Shown one piece after another: positions 55,159 through 64,000 of a DNA stretch of 64,000 nt. This DNA comes from an uncultured bacterium (GTDB lineage Bacteria > Patescibacteriota > Patescibacteriia > CAIQCM01): contig OY970181.1 in assembly GCA_963708045.1 (NCBI GenBank), positions 3,740-67,739 of the forward strand, given 5' to 3'. The translations under genes and the position numbers were made by a program. The notes under the pieces are model-generated. The model made no database searches and was not told where the DNA came from. It saw only the letters and a program-made list of their open reading frames with translations. The stretch's first letter is position 1, and each line of letters opens with the position of its first letter.

Positions 55159-55488
55159 TTAACCTAAAACCTTTTCTAATTTCTTAGCCACTTCTTCTTT
55201 TCCAAGCGCGCCGACCCATTTGTCAACGACAACGCCGTTTTTAAAAATGAAAAAAGCAGGAATGGATTGCACGCCCATTTTTTCAGCAACAGAAGTTCCC
55301 TCTTCAACATTATATTTTCCAACAATCGCTTTGCCGTCGTACTCATGTGCCAATTCTTCAACAATCGGACCCATTAAGCGACAGGGCGGACACCACGACG
55401 CCCAAAAGTCGGTAAGAACGGGCATTGTCTTGGACGCCTCAATCACTTCGTTATTAAAATTATTATCATTTAATACAACCTCGGACAT
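55159..55488 (-). CDS. trxA: Thioredoxin
   Basis: WCPPC active site in a thioredoxin fold. 109 aa. Confidence 0.85.
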   Translation of the reverse strand: MSEVVLNDNNFNNEVIEASKTMPVLTDFWASWCPPCRLMGPIVEELAHEYDGKAIVGKYNVEEGTSVAEKMGVQSIPAFFIFKNGVVVDKWVGALGKEEVAKKLEKVLG

Positions 55489-55579
55489 ATTGTTCGTTGT
55501 TTAAATATCTAATTTCTAATGTCTAATATCTAATCCGACGACGACCGTCATTAGACATTAGGTATTAGATATTAGGTAT

Positions 55580-57574
55580 TTACGTAAACTGTATCTTCCT
55601 CTCCTTCTTTTCAATATTCAAGAAAACCAGTTCGTCGCCAACTGCGAGAACGGGGCGAATTTTTATTTTACAACCAAACTCGGTGCCAGCGCGAACTTCT
55701 TTGACGGCCGCTTTCATTGATTGCAATTCCACAATTTCTCCAGTTTCCAATTCCGCACCCTCGCGATAAACGCGCACCGAGGCGGTCTTGGTTACTTTTC
55801 CATCTTTGACCACACCACCCACGATCATTGAACTTTTTTCCGTGCGGAAAATTGCCAAAATCTGACCGCGACCAAGTTCGGTTATAATAACCTCTTCAGG
55901 AAGCAATTCTTGAAGCGCGGCTTTGACATCGTCTAAAATATCGTAAATGACTTTGGCTTTTTTAACAACCACCTTTTTGTCACGCGCCAAATTTTCTACC
56001 GGCGTCGGCACCAAAACGTTAAAACCATAAACAACGGCGCCCGATGCTTCGGCGCGGATAATATCGGATTCGTTAACGTTCCCGAGTCCGCGCGAAACAA
56101 TTTCTACGCCCACCTCGGGGTTGCGGAATTTTTCTAGTGATGAAGAAAGCGCTTCAAGTGAACCAAGCACGTCAGTCTTAAGAACCACCTTAACCATTTT
56201 CTTGGTTTCTTTTTCTTCGCTTGTCGCGGCCACGGCTGAAACTTTGGTCATTGTTGCGCGACCAGCTTCTTTCACGTCCTTTTCTAATCCTTTAATGGTT
56301 TCCGGAACAATAATAACATCGCCGACCGACGGTGCCGCTTTTAATCCCAATATTTTAACCGGCATTCCCGGCAACGACTCTTTAAGCGCGCGATTGTTCC
56401 AATCGCGCATTGCGCGCACTCGTCCGTAAAGCATATTGCCGATCGCGAGATAGTCATTTACCTTAAGCGTGCCACCAGCAATGAGTACCGTCGCGACCAC
56501 GCCTTCGTTTTTGTCTATGTGCGACTCAACAACCGTTGCCACAGCGCGACGAGCCGGATTGGCCAGCAATTTTTCTTTATTAAGATCAGCGACGAGCAAA
56601 ACCATTTCCAAAAGCGCGTCAATGTTTTTTCCTTCTTTGGCCGAAACTGGAACAAAGGGAATTTTTCCGCCCCAATCTTCAGCTTGAACGTTATGCTCGG
56701 CAAGCTGGCGTTTTACTTTTTCTGGATCAGCGTCCGGCTTGTCAATTTTATTCATCGCCACCACAAAAGGGATTTTGGCCGCTTCAATAATTCCCAAGGC
56801 TTCCAAGGTTTGTGGTTGAACGCCGTCGTCGGCCGCAACAACCAAAATTGCAACGTCGGCAATTCGCGCGCCGCGCGAGCGCATTGTCATAAAAGCTTCG
56901 TGGCCGGGCGTATCAATAAAAGTAATTTTACGATCCCGTTTTTCCACCTGATAAGCGCCAATGTGCTGGGTAATACCGCCGGCTTCGCCGCCCATTACGT
57001 TTGTCGCGCGAATCGCGTCCAAAAGTTTTGTCTTGCCGTGGTCAACGTGACCCATCACAACGACAACCGGCGGACGCGGGGTGGTTGCGTTCGCGTCATT
57101 TCCCAAAATTCCTGCCAATTTTTCTTCCATTGAAGCACTGCCGCTTTCAACTGTTTCCGACTCAACTTCCGGTTCGGTCTTAAAACCAAGATCTTCGGCG
57201 ACGATCGTTGCTGTTTCAAAATCAATCCGTTCATTCATTGAAGCCAGAATTCCATTTTTCATCAATTCCGAAATAACCCGCGTGACCGGCAAATTTAAGC
57301 GTCCGGAAAAATCTTTAACTGTCACGAGTTTGGGAAGCTTAATTGAACCGCCCGAAACAGCCATAGCTTTTTCAACTTCAATCTTTTCTTTGGAAAGCTT
57401 GGTCATTCGCTCGCGCTCTTGGCGCCAGCGCGGCCATTCGCGAACAACGCGAGCAGCGAGCTGATCGTCAATTTTGATCGCCCGTTTGCCAATATCAAGT
57501 CCATGCTCTGGGAGCACAACAAAAAGTTCAGCCGTGGTGGTGCGTAATTTTCGCGCAAGTTCGGTTATATTCAT
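55580..57574 (-). CDS. infB: Translation initiation factor IF-2
   Basis: G-domain [21 protein letters not shown]. 664 aa. Confidence 0.9.
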   Translation of the reverse strand: MNITELARKLRTTTAELFVVLPEHGLDIGKRAIKIDDQLAARVVREWPRWRQERERMTKLSKEKIEVEKAMAVSGGSIKLPKLVTVKDFSGRLNLPVTRVISELMKNGILASMNERIDFETATIVAEDLGFKTEPEVESETVESGSASMEEKLAGILGNDANATTPRPPVVVVMGHVDHGKTKLLDAIRATNVMGGEAGGITQHIGAYQVEKRDRKITFIDTPGHEAFMTMRSRGARIADVAILVVAADDGVQPQTLEALGIIEAAKIPFVVAMNKIDKPDADPEKVKRQLAEHNVQAEDWGGKIPFVPVSAKEGKNIDALLEMVLLVADLNKEKLLANPARRAVATVVESHIDKNEGVVATVLIAGGTLKVNDYLAIGNMLYGRVRAMRDWNNRALKESLPGMPVKILGLKAAPSVGDVIIVPETIKGLEKDVKEAGRATMTKVSAVAATSEEKETKKMVKVVLKTDVLGSLEALSSSLEKFRNPEVGVEIVSRGLGNVNESDIIRAEASGAVVYGFNVLVPTPVENLARDKKVVVKKAKVIYDILDDVKAALQELLPEEVIITELGRGQILAIFRTEKSSMIVGGVVKDGKVTKTASVRVYREGAELETGEIVELQSMKAAVKEVRAGTEFGCKIKIRPVLAVGDELVFLNIEKKERKIQFT

Positions 57575-57581
57575 GTTTCCT

Positions 57582-57610
57582 TACTTTATGCGGAATTTGC
57601 CTTTGTGTCA
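57582..57610 (-). promoter_or_regulatory. Candidate infB promoter (TTGACA-17-TAAAGT) with AAGGA RBS
   Basis: Minus-strand TTGACA at 57605-57610 and TAAAGT at 57582-57587, about 8 nt before the infB ATG. Confidence 0.45.
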
Positions 57611-57644
57611 ATTATTTTGACCGAAAATTAAGAAAGAATTTATA

Positions 57645-57682
57645 AAATAAAAAACACCCCTAAGGGTGTTTTTTATTTTAAT
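57645..57682. terminator. Intrinsic terminator after the pilin gene / before infB
   Basis: AAAAAACACCCCTAAGGGTGTTTTTTATTTT. Confidence 0.7.
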
Positions 57683-57685
57683 TGA

Positions 57686-58135
57686 CTAGCGAGTCATGCT
57701 GATCGCTTCGGAAAGTTCAGCACCAGGAGCGGCTATTGTAATGCGGCCAGAGGTTTCATCGCGCATAATTGTGTAACCGCTATTGTATTCGGTCGTGCTT
57801 GTCCAACCAGCACCAGCGGCCGATGGGTCAAACGGCAAGGAGGCGGCGTAAGTCGGAACCAAACAAGGACCAATATCATAACCAGTATCGGAATCCATAT
57901 TGGTAGCGGTTGTCGGAATAACGCCAGCGACACAAGTAAAGGTTCCGCGGTTATCGGTTGTGTTGGCAATAACCGAACTCATTATCGTGTCCATATTATT
58001 CCAGCGCTGGGCGTTTCTGGCTTGCGAGAATTGGCGCGCCGGGTTAAGAGCAACAATGAGGACGCCAGCCAAAACGGCGATAAGACCGATAACGATCAAG
58101 ATTTCAATGAGTGTAAAAGCTTTATTTTGTTTCAT
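57686..58135 (-). CDS. Type IV pilin (major pilin candidate), copy 1
   Basis: MKQNKAFTLIEILIVIGLIAVLAGVLIV prepilin signal. Start set at the internal ATG. Near-identical N-terminus and C-terminus to copy 2. Confidence 0.75.
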   Translation of the reverse strand: MKQNKAFTLIEILIVIGLIAVLAGVLIVALNPARQFSQARNAQRWNNMDTIMSSVIANTTDNRGTFTCVAGVIPTTATNMDSDTGYDIGPCLVPTYAASLPFDPSAAGAGWTSTTEYNSGYTIMRDETSGRITIAAPGAELSEAISMTR

Positions 58136-58295
58136 ATTGATTAATGAACTTAATTTTTTTAATACATTTATCACCACATCTTTGCCCATTAACTTATTAA
58201 AGTTGCAGGGACATCCGCTGTTTCGACCTTTATGCGGCAGAGGAAACAATGAAAAATGTTTTTTAGATAATCAATGGATGATTATCTTTTTTTAT

Positions 58296-58751
58296 TTAGC
58301 GAATCATATTAATTGACTCCGAAAGTTCGGCGCCAGGAGCGGCAATTGTGATACGACCAGTTGTTGCGTCGCGCATAATGGTGTAGTTCAGATCGTAATC
58401 GGCCGAAGTCGTCCAGTGTGCGCCAGAAGCAGAAGGATCAAACGGCAAAGAGACGGCATAGGTTGGAGACAAACAAGGACCAATGTCGTAGTTCCCAACA
58501 CCATTTGCCATTTTGGTAGCAGTGGCAGGAATGGCGCCGGCACCCGTGCAAGTGAAGGTTCCGCGATTATCAGTCAGGTTAGCGATGGTCGCACTCATAA
58601 TCGTGTCAATATTATTCCAGCGTTGTGCGTTCCGAGCTTGCGAGAACTGACGTGCCGGATTAAGAGCGACAATGAGGACGCCAGCCAAAACGGCGATAAG
58701 ACCGATGACGATTAAAATTTCAATGAGTGTAAAAGCTTTATTTTGTTTCAT
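58296..58751 (-). CDS. Type IV pilin (major pilin candidate), copy 2
   Basis: Same prepilin signal and same C-terminal RITIAAPGAELSE motif as copy 1. A tandem paralogue. Confidence 0.75.
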   Translation of the reverse strand: MKQNKAFTLIEILIVIGLIAVLAGVLIVALNPARQFSQARNAQRWNNIDTIMSATIANLTDNRGTFTCTGAGAIPATATKMANGVGNYDIGPCLSPTYAVSLPFDPSASGAHWTTSADYDLNYTIMRDATTGRITIAAPGAELSESINMIR

Positions 58752-58855
58752 ATTAATTAATGAACTATTTTAATAATTTTTTATGTAGGTGGAATTTCCG
58801 TCCACGAATTGAGGTAAAACTGACTCGTGTTGATTCCGGTGAAATCAACCTTTAT

Positions 58856-59281
58856 TCAACTAGTAAAGCCGTTAACTGTTGCTTGGGCGTAAAGAGTGCG
58901 CGCGTTTCCATTAATAACGGTGGCACCAATTGAACACACTACCTTGTCCACAGAGATATTCTCATTACCAGTATAACTGGTATTCTTCTTTAGACGCAAT
59001 ACGGCAATATTGGCGCACGAAAAAGCTGAGGATCGCGCTTGCACAGCAGAGGCGCGATTATTTATTTCTCGGCTTTCAATTAAATAATCAGCAGCCAAGC
59101 TAAGGCTGGAAATAAGAGCGATGCCGCTAATTAAAACAACGCTAGTAATCGCGGCAAAGCCGGAACGAACGTTGAGACCCCTCGTTGCGCTCGGGGTGAT
59201 TTTTGCGGTTTTGCCGCAAAAATCAATTTTGTCGGGGGACGGTGGCTGTACCATATAATGTAATTGACGACGAATAATCAT
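58856..59281 (-). CDS. Hypothetical pilus-associated protein with N-terminal hydrophobic segment
   Basis: Sits in the pilus gene cluster. Divergent prepilin-like N-terminus (GFAAITSVVLISGIAL). 24-codon overlap with the upstream ORF. Confidence 0.4.
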   Translation of the reverse strand: MIIRRQLHYMVQPPSPDKIDFCGKTAKITPSATRGLNVRSGFAAITSVVLISGIALISSLSLAADYLIESREINNRASAVQARSSAFSCANIAVLRLKKNTSYTGNENISVDKVVCSIGATVINGNARTLYAQATVNGFTS

Positions 59282-59942
59282 TCATCACGGTTCCCGTTGG
59301 AGGCGCCGAAACAGTTAGAACAATTCTGATAACTGACTTCGCGGCCGTGGACTGCAAACACGATCCAAGCTTGGCTTGACCCAGCAAAAGATCAAGAAGT
59401 AATCTTAGCCACCCCCCGCTAAGGTAGCCGGGGTATTTATCCCAACAATAATCCGTCTGATTGCTCTTTTTGCAAATGATGCAGTACCAGCTGCCACTAT
59501 GTTCACTCTCATTACATGGAACCCAGCCCGGCGATGTCCGCGCGTGAGCGACCGGATCAACCAAATTGGTAAAAGTCAAACTAGCTACTTTTACGCCAGC
59601 TGAAGTCAGCGGCACAGCCGCGCCAGCCCCCTGCTTCATTGTTAACACGCCGTTTGTTACCTGAAAAACCGTCGGCGACACCGCGGCACTCGGCATCGTT
59701 AGCGTTAGCGAACTTCCGCTCGTTCCATCGCTTGGCGAGGTCGCGTCTTTTGAATTTCTTATTGTTGAAACCATTTTTTCAACGGCAAAACGGGCGTTCT
59801 GATTAACTTCAAGCACGGTTGCAACTTTAGCTTCGCGACGCACGAGATTTACCATAAAACTCATAAGCGTTGCCATAATTATTACAAGAATGGCAACGTA
59901 AAGCATCGTTTCCAACATTGTTGAGCTGCGGCGAATCATCAT
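59223..59942 (-). CDS. Minor pilin-like protein (PilW/PilX-like candidate)
   Basis: N-terminal TMLETMLYVAILVIIMA hydrophobic helix preceded by a short leader, in cluster context. Confidence 0.45.
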   Translation of the reverse strand: MMIRRSSTMLETMLYVAILVIIMATLMSFMVNLVRREAKVATVLEVNQNARFAVEKMVSTIRNSKDATSPSDGTSGSSLTLTMPSAAVSPTVFQVTNGVLTMKQGAGAAVPLTSAGVKVASLTFTNLVDPVAHARTSPGWVPCNESEHSGSWYCIICKKSNQTDYCWDKYPGYLSGGWLRLLLDLLLGQAKLGSCLQSTAAKSVIRIVLTVSAPPTGTVMNDYSSSITLYGTATVPRQN

Positions 59943-60361
59943 ATAAATGGCCAGTCAGTGATAAGGAGTTGTTCGTTAACCGTTGCCGTCCGATTTGGCG
60001 CCGGATTCCAACTCACCGTAACGTCAATCTTTTTTGTGTCAGCGTCAACTGTGCTCACCGTTACAACTCGCGTCATCCCGTTTAACGTGTCCGAAGTGCC
60101 GCTAAAAATCCACATCAAAGGTGACGCTTGCGTTCCAAGACCATGCGTTCCAACGGCAAGCGCCGTCCATGAACGATCGCTTATAGAAATTGAGGCTTGA
60201 ATCCCCTCCTCGGCAAAGAAAACTGCCTCCATTTCCCTAGACGTCTGTGACACACCCGATTCAACAACTGTTAATATGGAAATAGAGGCGGTGATGCCAA
60301 TAGTCATTACGCCGATGGCGATAAGTATTTCTACCATTGATTGTCCGCAGCGTTTTTTCAT
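59939..60361 (-). CDS. Prepilin-type N-terminal domain protein (minor pilin)
   Basis: GQSMVEILIAIGVMTIGI class III signal-like N-terminus. Confidence 0.55.
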   Translation of the reverse strand: MKKRCGQSMVEILIAIGVMTIGITASISILTVVESGVSQTSREMEAVFFAEEGIQASISISDRSWTALAVGTHGLGTQASPLMWIFSGTSDTLNGMTRVVTVSTVDADTKKIDVTVSWNPAPNRTATVNEQLLITDWPFI

Positions 60362-60795
60362 TGTTTTGAAATTCTCCCAACTGAATTAATAACAATCGTC
60401 ACGGTTTTTATTCCATTTGTGACGGTTATTGTCCCGGTTACCGAAGGCGTACCGGTTTGTTTGGCAAAAACCACTTCGGAAATTCCAGAAAATTGAAAAT
60501 AATTTCCATAAGGACGAGTCAGATCGTAAACAGTTTGTTTTAGGGCGTAAGAATTTCCACTAAAGAGAGTTATTTTTCCATCCACCGTAGAAACGCCGTG
60601 ACTTATGTTCCTCTCGCTTTGAAGCGAACGGGTTTCGGCCGCGCGTAAATATGTCATGAGCGCCCCCGACACCGCCTCAAGCTCGCGATTTTTCATAAAA
60701 TTTACCGTGGTGTAAACAGCGAAACCAAGAACGATCAAACCGACGCAGGTCGCAACAACGGTTTCAATAATCGTAAACCCGTTTCTTTGGCGCAT
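60358..60795 (-). CDS. Prepilin-type N-terminal domain protein (PilV/GspH-like minor pilin)
   Basis: NGFTIIETVVATCVGLIVLG prepilin motif. Confidence 0.65.
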   Translation of the reverse strand: MRQRNGFTIIETVVATCVGLIVLGFAVYTTVNFMKNRELEAVSGALMTYLRAAETRSLQSERNISHGVSTVDGKITLFSGNSYALKQTVYDLTRPYGNYFQFSGISEVVFAKQTGTPSVTGTITVTNGIKTVTIVINSVGRISKQ

Positions 60796-60798
60796 AAA

Positions 60799-61956
60799 TT
60801 AACGGTGAATACCTTCCGTTATTTTATAGATCGGAGTAATAACCGAAACCGCGACAAAACCAACAACCAAACCCATAATGAGTAGGAGCACCGGCTCAAT
60901 AATTGTTGTCATATTATTAACCGTGTCGTCAATTTCCTTGGTTAAGAAATCGGAAATATACCGAAACGAATCATCAAGCTTGCCGGTTTTTTCGCCAACG
61001 CGAATCATCTGAATAACAATCGGCGGAAAATATTTTGTGTTTAAACAATCGGCAATGTTCACCCCCTGGCGACTTACTTCGTTTGCGATTGCCAAAAGTT
61101 CGCGTTGAAAAACAAGGTTGCTTAAACTTTGCGAGGTAATATTTAACGCCCGAACGACGTCTACCCCAGCATCAAGCAGTGTCGCCAAAACCTGTGCCAA
61201 ACGAGTAATTTGCGCGTCGCGAAGCAATGGTCCAAAAACGGGAATCATCAGTTCGGTTTTGTGCAAAAAATATCTAAATTTTTTGTTAAGGAGCAATAGA
61301 CGAATAGAAATAATTAAAGCGGCAATTATTAACCCGATATAAACAACATTGGAAGAAACAAAGTGTGAAAAATCAAACAGGAATTGCGTGGTCGGCGGCA
61401 AAGAAACCTTTAGCGAAATAAAGATCGGCAAAAGCTGGGGCAAGGTAACAAAGCAAAGAAAGCCGGTGATACCAAAAACGCCAGCCAAAATAATCGCCGG
61501 ATAAATTAGAGCGCCGCGAACTTTTTTCCTGAGCGTATCGGCGCGTTCTATTTGCACAGAAATATAATTTAGATTTTCCGAAAGCTGGCCGCTTTCTTCA
61601 CCAACTCTGACCAAATTTACAAAAAGGTTATCAAAGATTTTTGGAAATTTACTGAGCGCGAGTGAAAGATATTGTCCATTCTCAACTTCACAAATTACGT
61701 AATCAAGAATTTTAGCAAAGCGCTTAATTTTGGTTTGCCCCCTGATCACGTCCAACGATTCCCGAAGTGGAATCCCCGCATTGGTCATAATAGAAAGATG
61801 TTTGGCAAAAAATATCTTTTGTTTGGTGGGAATATTGCCGTAGACTTTTATTTCTGGACATTGTTCCGTTATCTTGGCCGGCTTTTTTTCTATTTTTTTT
61901 ATGGACGCTGGAGGCATAAAATATTTATTCTTGAATAACACGCAAGACCTCGGCAA
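60799..61956 (-). CDS. pilC: Type IV pilus assembly platform protein PilC / GspF family
   Basis: Two GspF-like repeats with three TM helices. 385 aa. Confidence 0.8.
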   Translation of the reverse strand: MPRSCVLFKNKYFMPPASIKKIEKKPAKITEQCPEIKVYGNIPTKQKIFFAKHLSIMTNAGIPLRESLDVIRGQTKIKRFAKILDYVICEVENGQYLSLALSKFPKIFDNLFVNLVRVGEESGQLSENLNYISVQIERADTLRKKVRGALIYPAIILAGVFGITGFLCFVTLPQLLPIFISLKVSLPPTTQFLFDFSHFVSSNVVYIGLIIAALIISIRLLLLNKKFRYFLHKTELMIPVFGPLLRDAQITRLAQVLATLLDAGVDVVRALNITSQSLSNLVFQRELLAIANEVSRQGVNIADCLNTKYFPPIVIQMIRVGEKTGKLDDSFRYISDFLTKEIDDTVNNMTTIIEPVLLLIMGLVVGFVAVSVITPIYKITEGIHR

Positions 61957-63076
61957 TGGAGGTCATTCCTGAACCAGCTTTGGCAAAACCGTCTTCAAGC
62001 ATTGTCGTCATCCCGTTTTTTACAGCTGCGTCCAAAATATTTTCGGACGATGCTTTGCTGACAATGAGATCACGGATGTTTCCAAAAACTTCTAATACTT
62101 CATAAATACCAATCCGACCCTTGTAACCGGTTCCGCCGCAAGTTTTACAACCGCCGCCGATCCAAAAATTTTTATACATCCCGATGAGACGTTCAGAGAT
62201 AACGGATTTGAGGCGTTCGGTTTCGGCAGCAGTCGGAAGATATTCTTTTTTGCAATCCGGACAAATTTTTCTAACCAAACGCTGGCCAATAGCAATGTTA
62301 ACCGTTGAAGCGATGAGAAACGGCTCAATACCCATATCAATAAGCCGTGGCAGAGTCGTTGCCGCATCGTTTGTGTGGATTGTGGACAAAAGAAGGTGGC
62401 CTGTGAGCGCGGCATTAACGGCGATGGAAGCAGTTTCGTCGTCGCGAATTTCGCCGACCATTATCACGTTTGGATCCTGACGAACGATTGAGCGGAGGCC
62501 TTTGGCAAAAGTTAGATTGGTCGCGGTGTTAACTTGAATTTGCGTCACGCCATCCATTGAGTATTCTATCGGATCTTCAATGGTGGTGATAGAGACTTCG
62601 GGCGTATTCAACATTTGAATGAGCGTATAAAGTGTTGTTGTCTTGCCTGATCCGGTCGGTCCGGTCGCGAGAATCATTCCATGCGGACGATGAATATATT
62701 TTTCAATTAATTCTTTGTCACGCTTAGCAAAACCAAGTTCAGTAAGCGTAAACGCTTTAACCTGCGAAACCAAAAGACGAAGCACGGCGTCTTCGCCATG
62801 ATAAGACGGAATAATTGAAACGCGCAGGTCAACCGGCGTTTCGTTAAACGTAACCCGAAAGCGCCCGTCCTGAGCGGCCTGGTGTTCGTCGGTTCGGAGG
62901 CCGCAATTTACTTTTATCGTCGTGATGATTTGGTTAAGCAATACTTTGGGCAAAGAAAAAACTTTATTCATTACCCCGTCAATGCGAAAACGAATATCCA
63001 CTTGTTTTTCCGCCGGGTCAATATGCACGTCGGAGGCATGCATCAAATACGCCTGCTCAATCATATAGTCAACCAA
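61925..63076 (-). CDS. pilB: Type IV pilus assembly ATPase, PilB/GspE family
   Basis: Walker A GPTGSGKTT, Asp and His boxes, and a tetracysteine CPDCKK...CKTCGG motif. The N-terminal domain may continue upstream in another frame. Confidence 0.8.
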   Translation of the reverse strand: MVDYMIEQAYLMHASDVHIDPAEKQVDIRFRIDGVMNKVFSLPKVLLNQIITTIKVNCGLRTDEHQAAQDGRFRVTFNETPVDLRVSIIPSYHGEDAVLRLLVSQVKAFTLTELGFAKRDKELIEKYIHRPHGMILATGPTGSGKTTTLYTLIQMLNTPEVSITTIEDPIEYSMDGVTQIQVNTATNLTFAKGLRSIVRQDPNVIMVGEIRDDETASIAVNAALTGHLLLSTIHTNDAATTLPRLIDMGIEPFLIASTVNIAIGQRLVRKICPDCKKEYLPTAAETERLKSVISERLIGMYKNFWIGGGCKTCGGTGYKGRIGIYEVLEVFGNIRDLIVSKASSENILDAAVKNGMTTMLEDGFAKAGSGMTSIAEVLRVIQE

Positions 63077-63349
63077 TTTGTTGATGGAGACGTCTTTTTC
63101 GGTAAATTTTTCAAGTTCACTTTGTTTAAGCCCAACCTCTTTGGCAAAATCAGTTTTTTCTTTTTTTCTTCTTTAACTTCGGCAACTTCGGTTTTTTCTT
63201 CTTTAATGTCAACCACAGCCTCTTCTTTTGCGGGCTTAGAAACTTCTTTAATTTCTTTTTTAACGCGAGGAGGCATATAGTGTCTAAAGCATACCATTTT
63301 TTTATTCATTTTATAAGCGCTGGAACCAAATCGCCGCGCTTTCAAAGCT

Positions 63350-64000
63350 ATGAACGGTTTTTTACTGATAAATAAACCTATTGGCCCAACCTCGCATGAT
63401 ATTGTTGACCGCGTGAGAAGGGCGACCGGCGTAAAAACGGTTGGCCATGCCGGAACGCTTGACCCTTTTGCCGAAGGATTGCTTATTGTCGGCGTTGGCC
63501 GCGAAGCAACGCGCGAATTTCCACGCCTGGTTGGTTTAGACAAACACTATGTCGCGACTTTGCGCCTTGGAGCGACTTCGGACACCGATGACAGGACTGG
63601 CGTTATTAGCGCGGGGCAAATGGCAAATGGCAAATGGCCGACGCTTGAAAACATGAGTGCCGTATTAAAAAAATTCACTGGCAAAATAATGCAGCTTCCG
63701 CCGGTGTATTCGGCAAAAAAAATTCATGGCAAAAAAATGTATGAATTGGCGCGCGCGGGTTTGCAAGTGGCACGTAGCCCGTCGCCCGTGGAGGTCTATG
63801 GTCTGCGCATTCTAGACGACGTGCCACGCGCTACGTGCTACGAGCTAAGGCTAGATGTCCACTGTTCCTCTGGCACATATATTAGAGCCCTAGCTCGCGA
63901 CATTGGGGAGGAATTAAAAACCGGCGCTTACCTTGAAGAGCTTAAACGCACCGCCATCGGCCCGTTTACTCTTGAAGAGTCGGTTAGGCTTGATGATCTG
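63350..64000 (+). CDS. truB: tRNA pseudouridine(55) synthase TruB (3' end outside window)
   Basis: MNGFLLINKPIGPTSHDIV...GHAGTLDPFAEGLLIVGVG...QLPPVYSAKK translated by hand. It is not in the ORF track because there is no stop before the window edge. Confidence 0.8.
   Translation, partial: MNGFLLINKPIGPTSHDIVDRVRRATGVKTVGHAGTLDPFAEGLLIVGVGREATREFPRLVGLDKHYVATLRLGATSDTDDRTGVISAGQMANGKWPTLENMSAVLKKFTGKIMQLPPVYSAKKIHGKKMYELARAGLQVARSPSPVEVYGLRILDDVPRATCYELRLDVHCSSGTYIRALARDIGEELKTGAYLEELKRTAIGPFTLEESVRLDDL

Noticed and set aside
63061-63543. 160-aa minus-strand ORF at the window end
   Set aside because: The region 63350-64000 encodes TruB on the plus strand (GHAGTLDP motif). Only the part upstream of pilB (63077-63276) might be real, and it is listed as a possible pilB N-terminal extension.

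Overview
The window looks like a Candidate Phyla Radiation (Patescibacteria)-type genome fragment. This rests on moderate, uneven GC, a ribosomal-protein cluster with no L30 gene, many r-proteins carrying Lys-rich tails, a type IV pilus/ComEC competence gene set, and intergenic regions packed with AT-rich hairpin repeats.

The core is one long minus-strand ribosomal superoperon: rpsL-rpsG-fusA-(pyrD, acidic ORF)-tuf-rpsJ-rplC-D-W-B-rpsS-rplV-rpsC-rplP-rpmC-rpsQ-rplN-X-E-rpsZ-rpsH-rplF-R-rpsE-rplO-secY-adk-map. Around it sit housekeeping genes:
- partial relA/spoT, parAB, scpAB
- aspS, leuS, infB, recO, ndk, gdh, trxAB
- a partial truB at the window end
- four tRNAs (Leu-CAA, two CAT tRNAs, Pro-GGG)

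The accessory and unusual content is concentrated in a few places:
- 32.0-36.7 kb: an SNF2-helicase/SAM-methyltransferase fusion gene preceded by a 189-bp-period tandem-repeat protein gene, sitting directly upstream of rpsL.
- 36.9-39.6 kb: an IS200/IS605 element, followed by a GC-richer segment with a sigma-70-type factor and a Cys-rich downstream ORF.
- 48.2-52.5 kb: two paralogous PEP-utilizing swivel-domain proteins flanking gdh, one fused to an XRE HTH with palindromic operators.
- 52.5-54.1 kb: a foreign-looking histidine phosphatase and a REP-associated tyrosine transposase with REP hairpins.
- 57.7-63.1 kb: a type IV pilus gene cluster with tandemly duplicated pilins.

Several short repeat families are dispersed through the window (AACTTTTAACTGTTAAC-type, TTTAGGG/TTAGGTG/TCTAATA heptamer hairpins, CCATGTACC-type). 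I found no CRISPR array and no rRNA. All calls come from reading the sequence and the ORF translations, with no database search; coordinates of RNA and regulatory features are approximate to a few bases.
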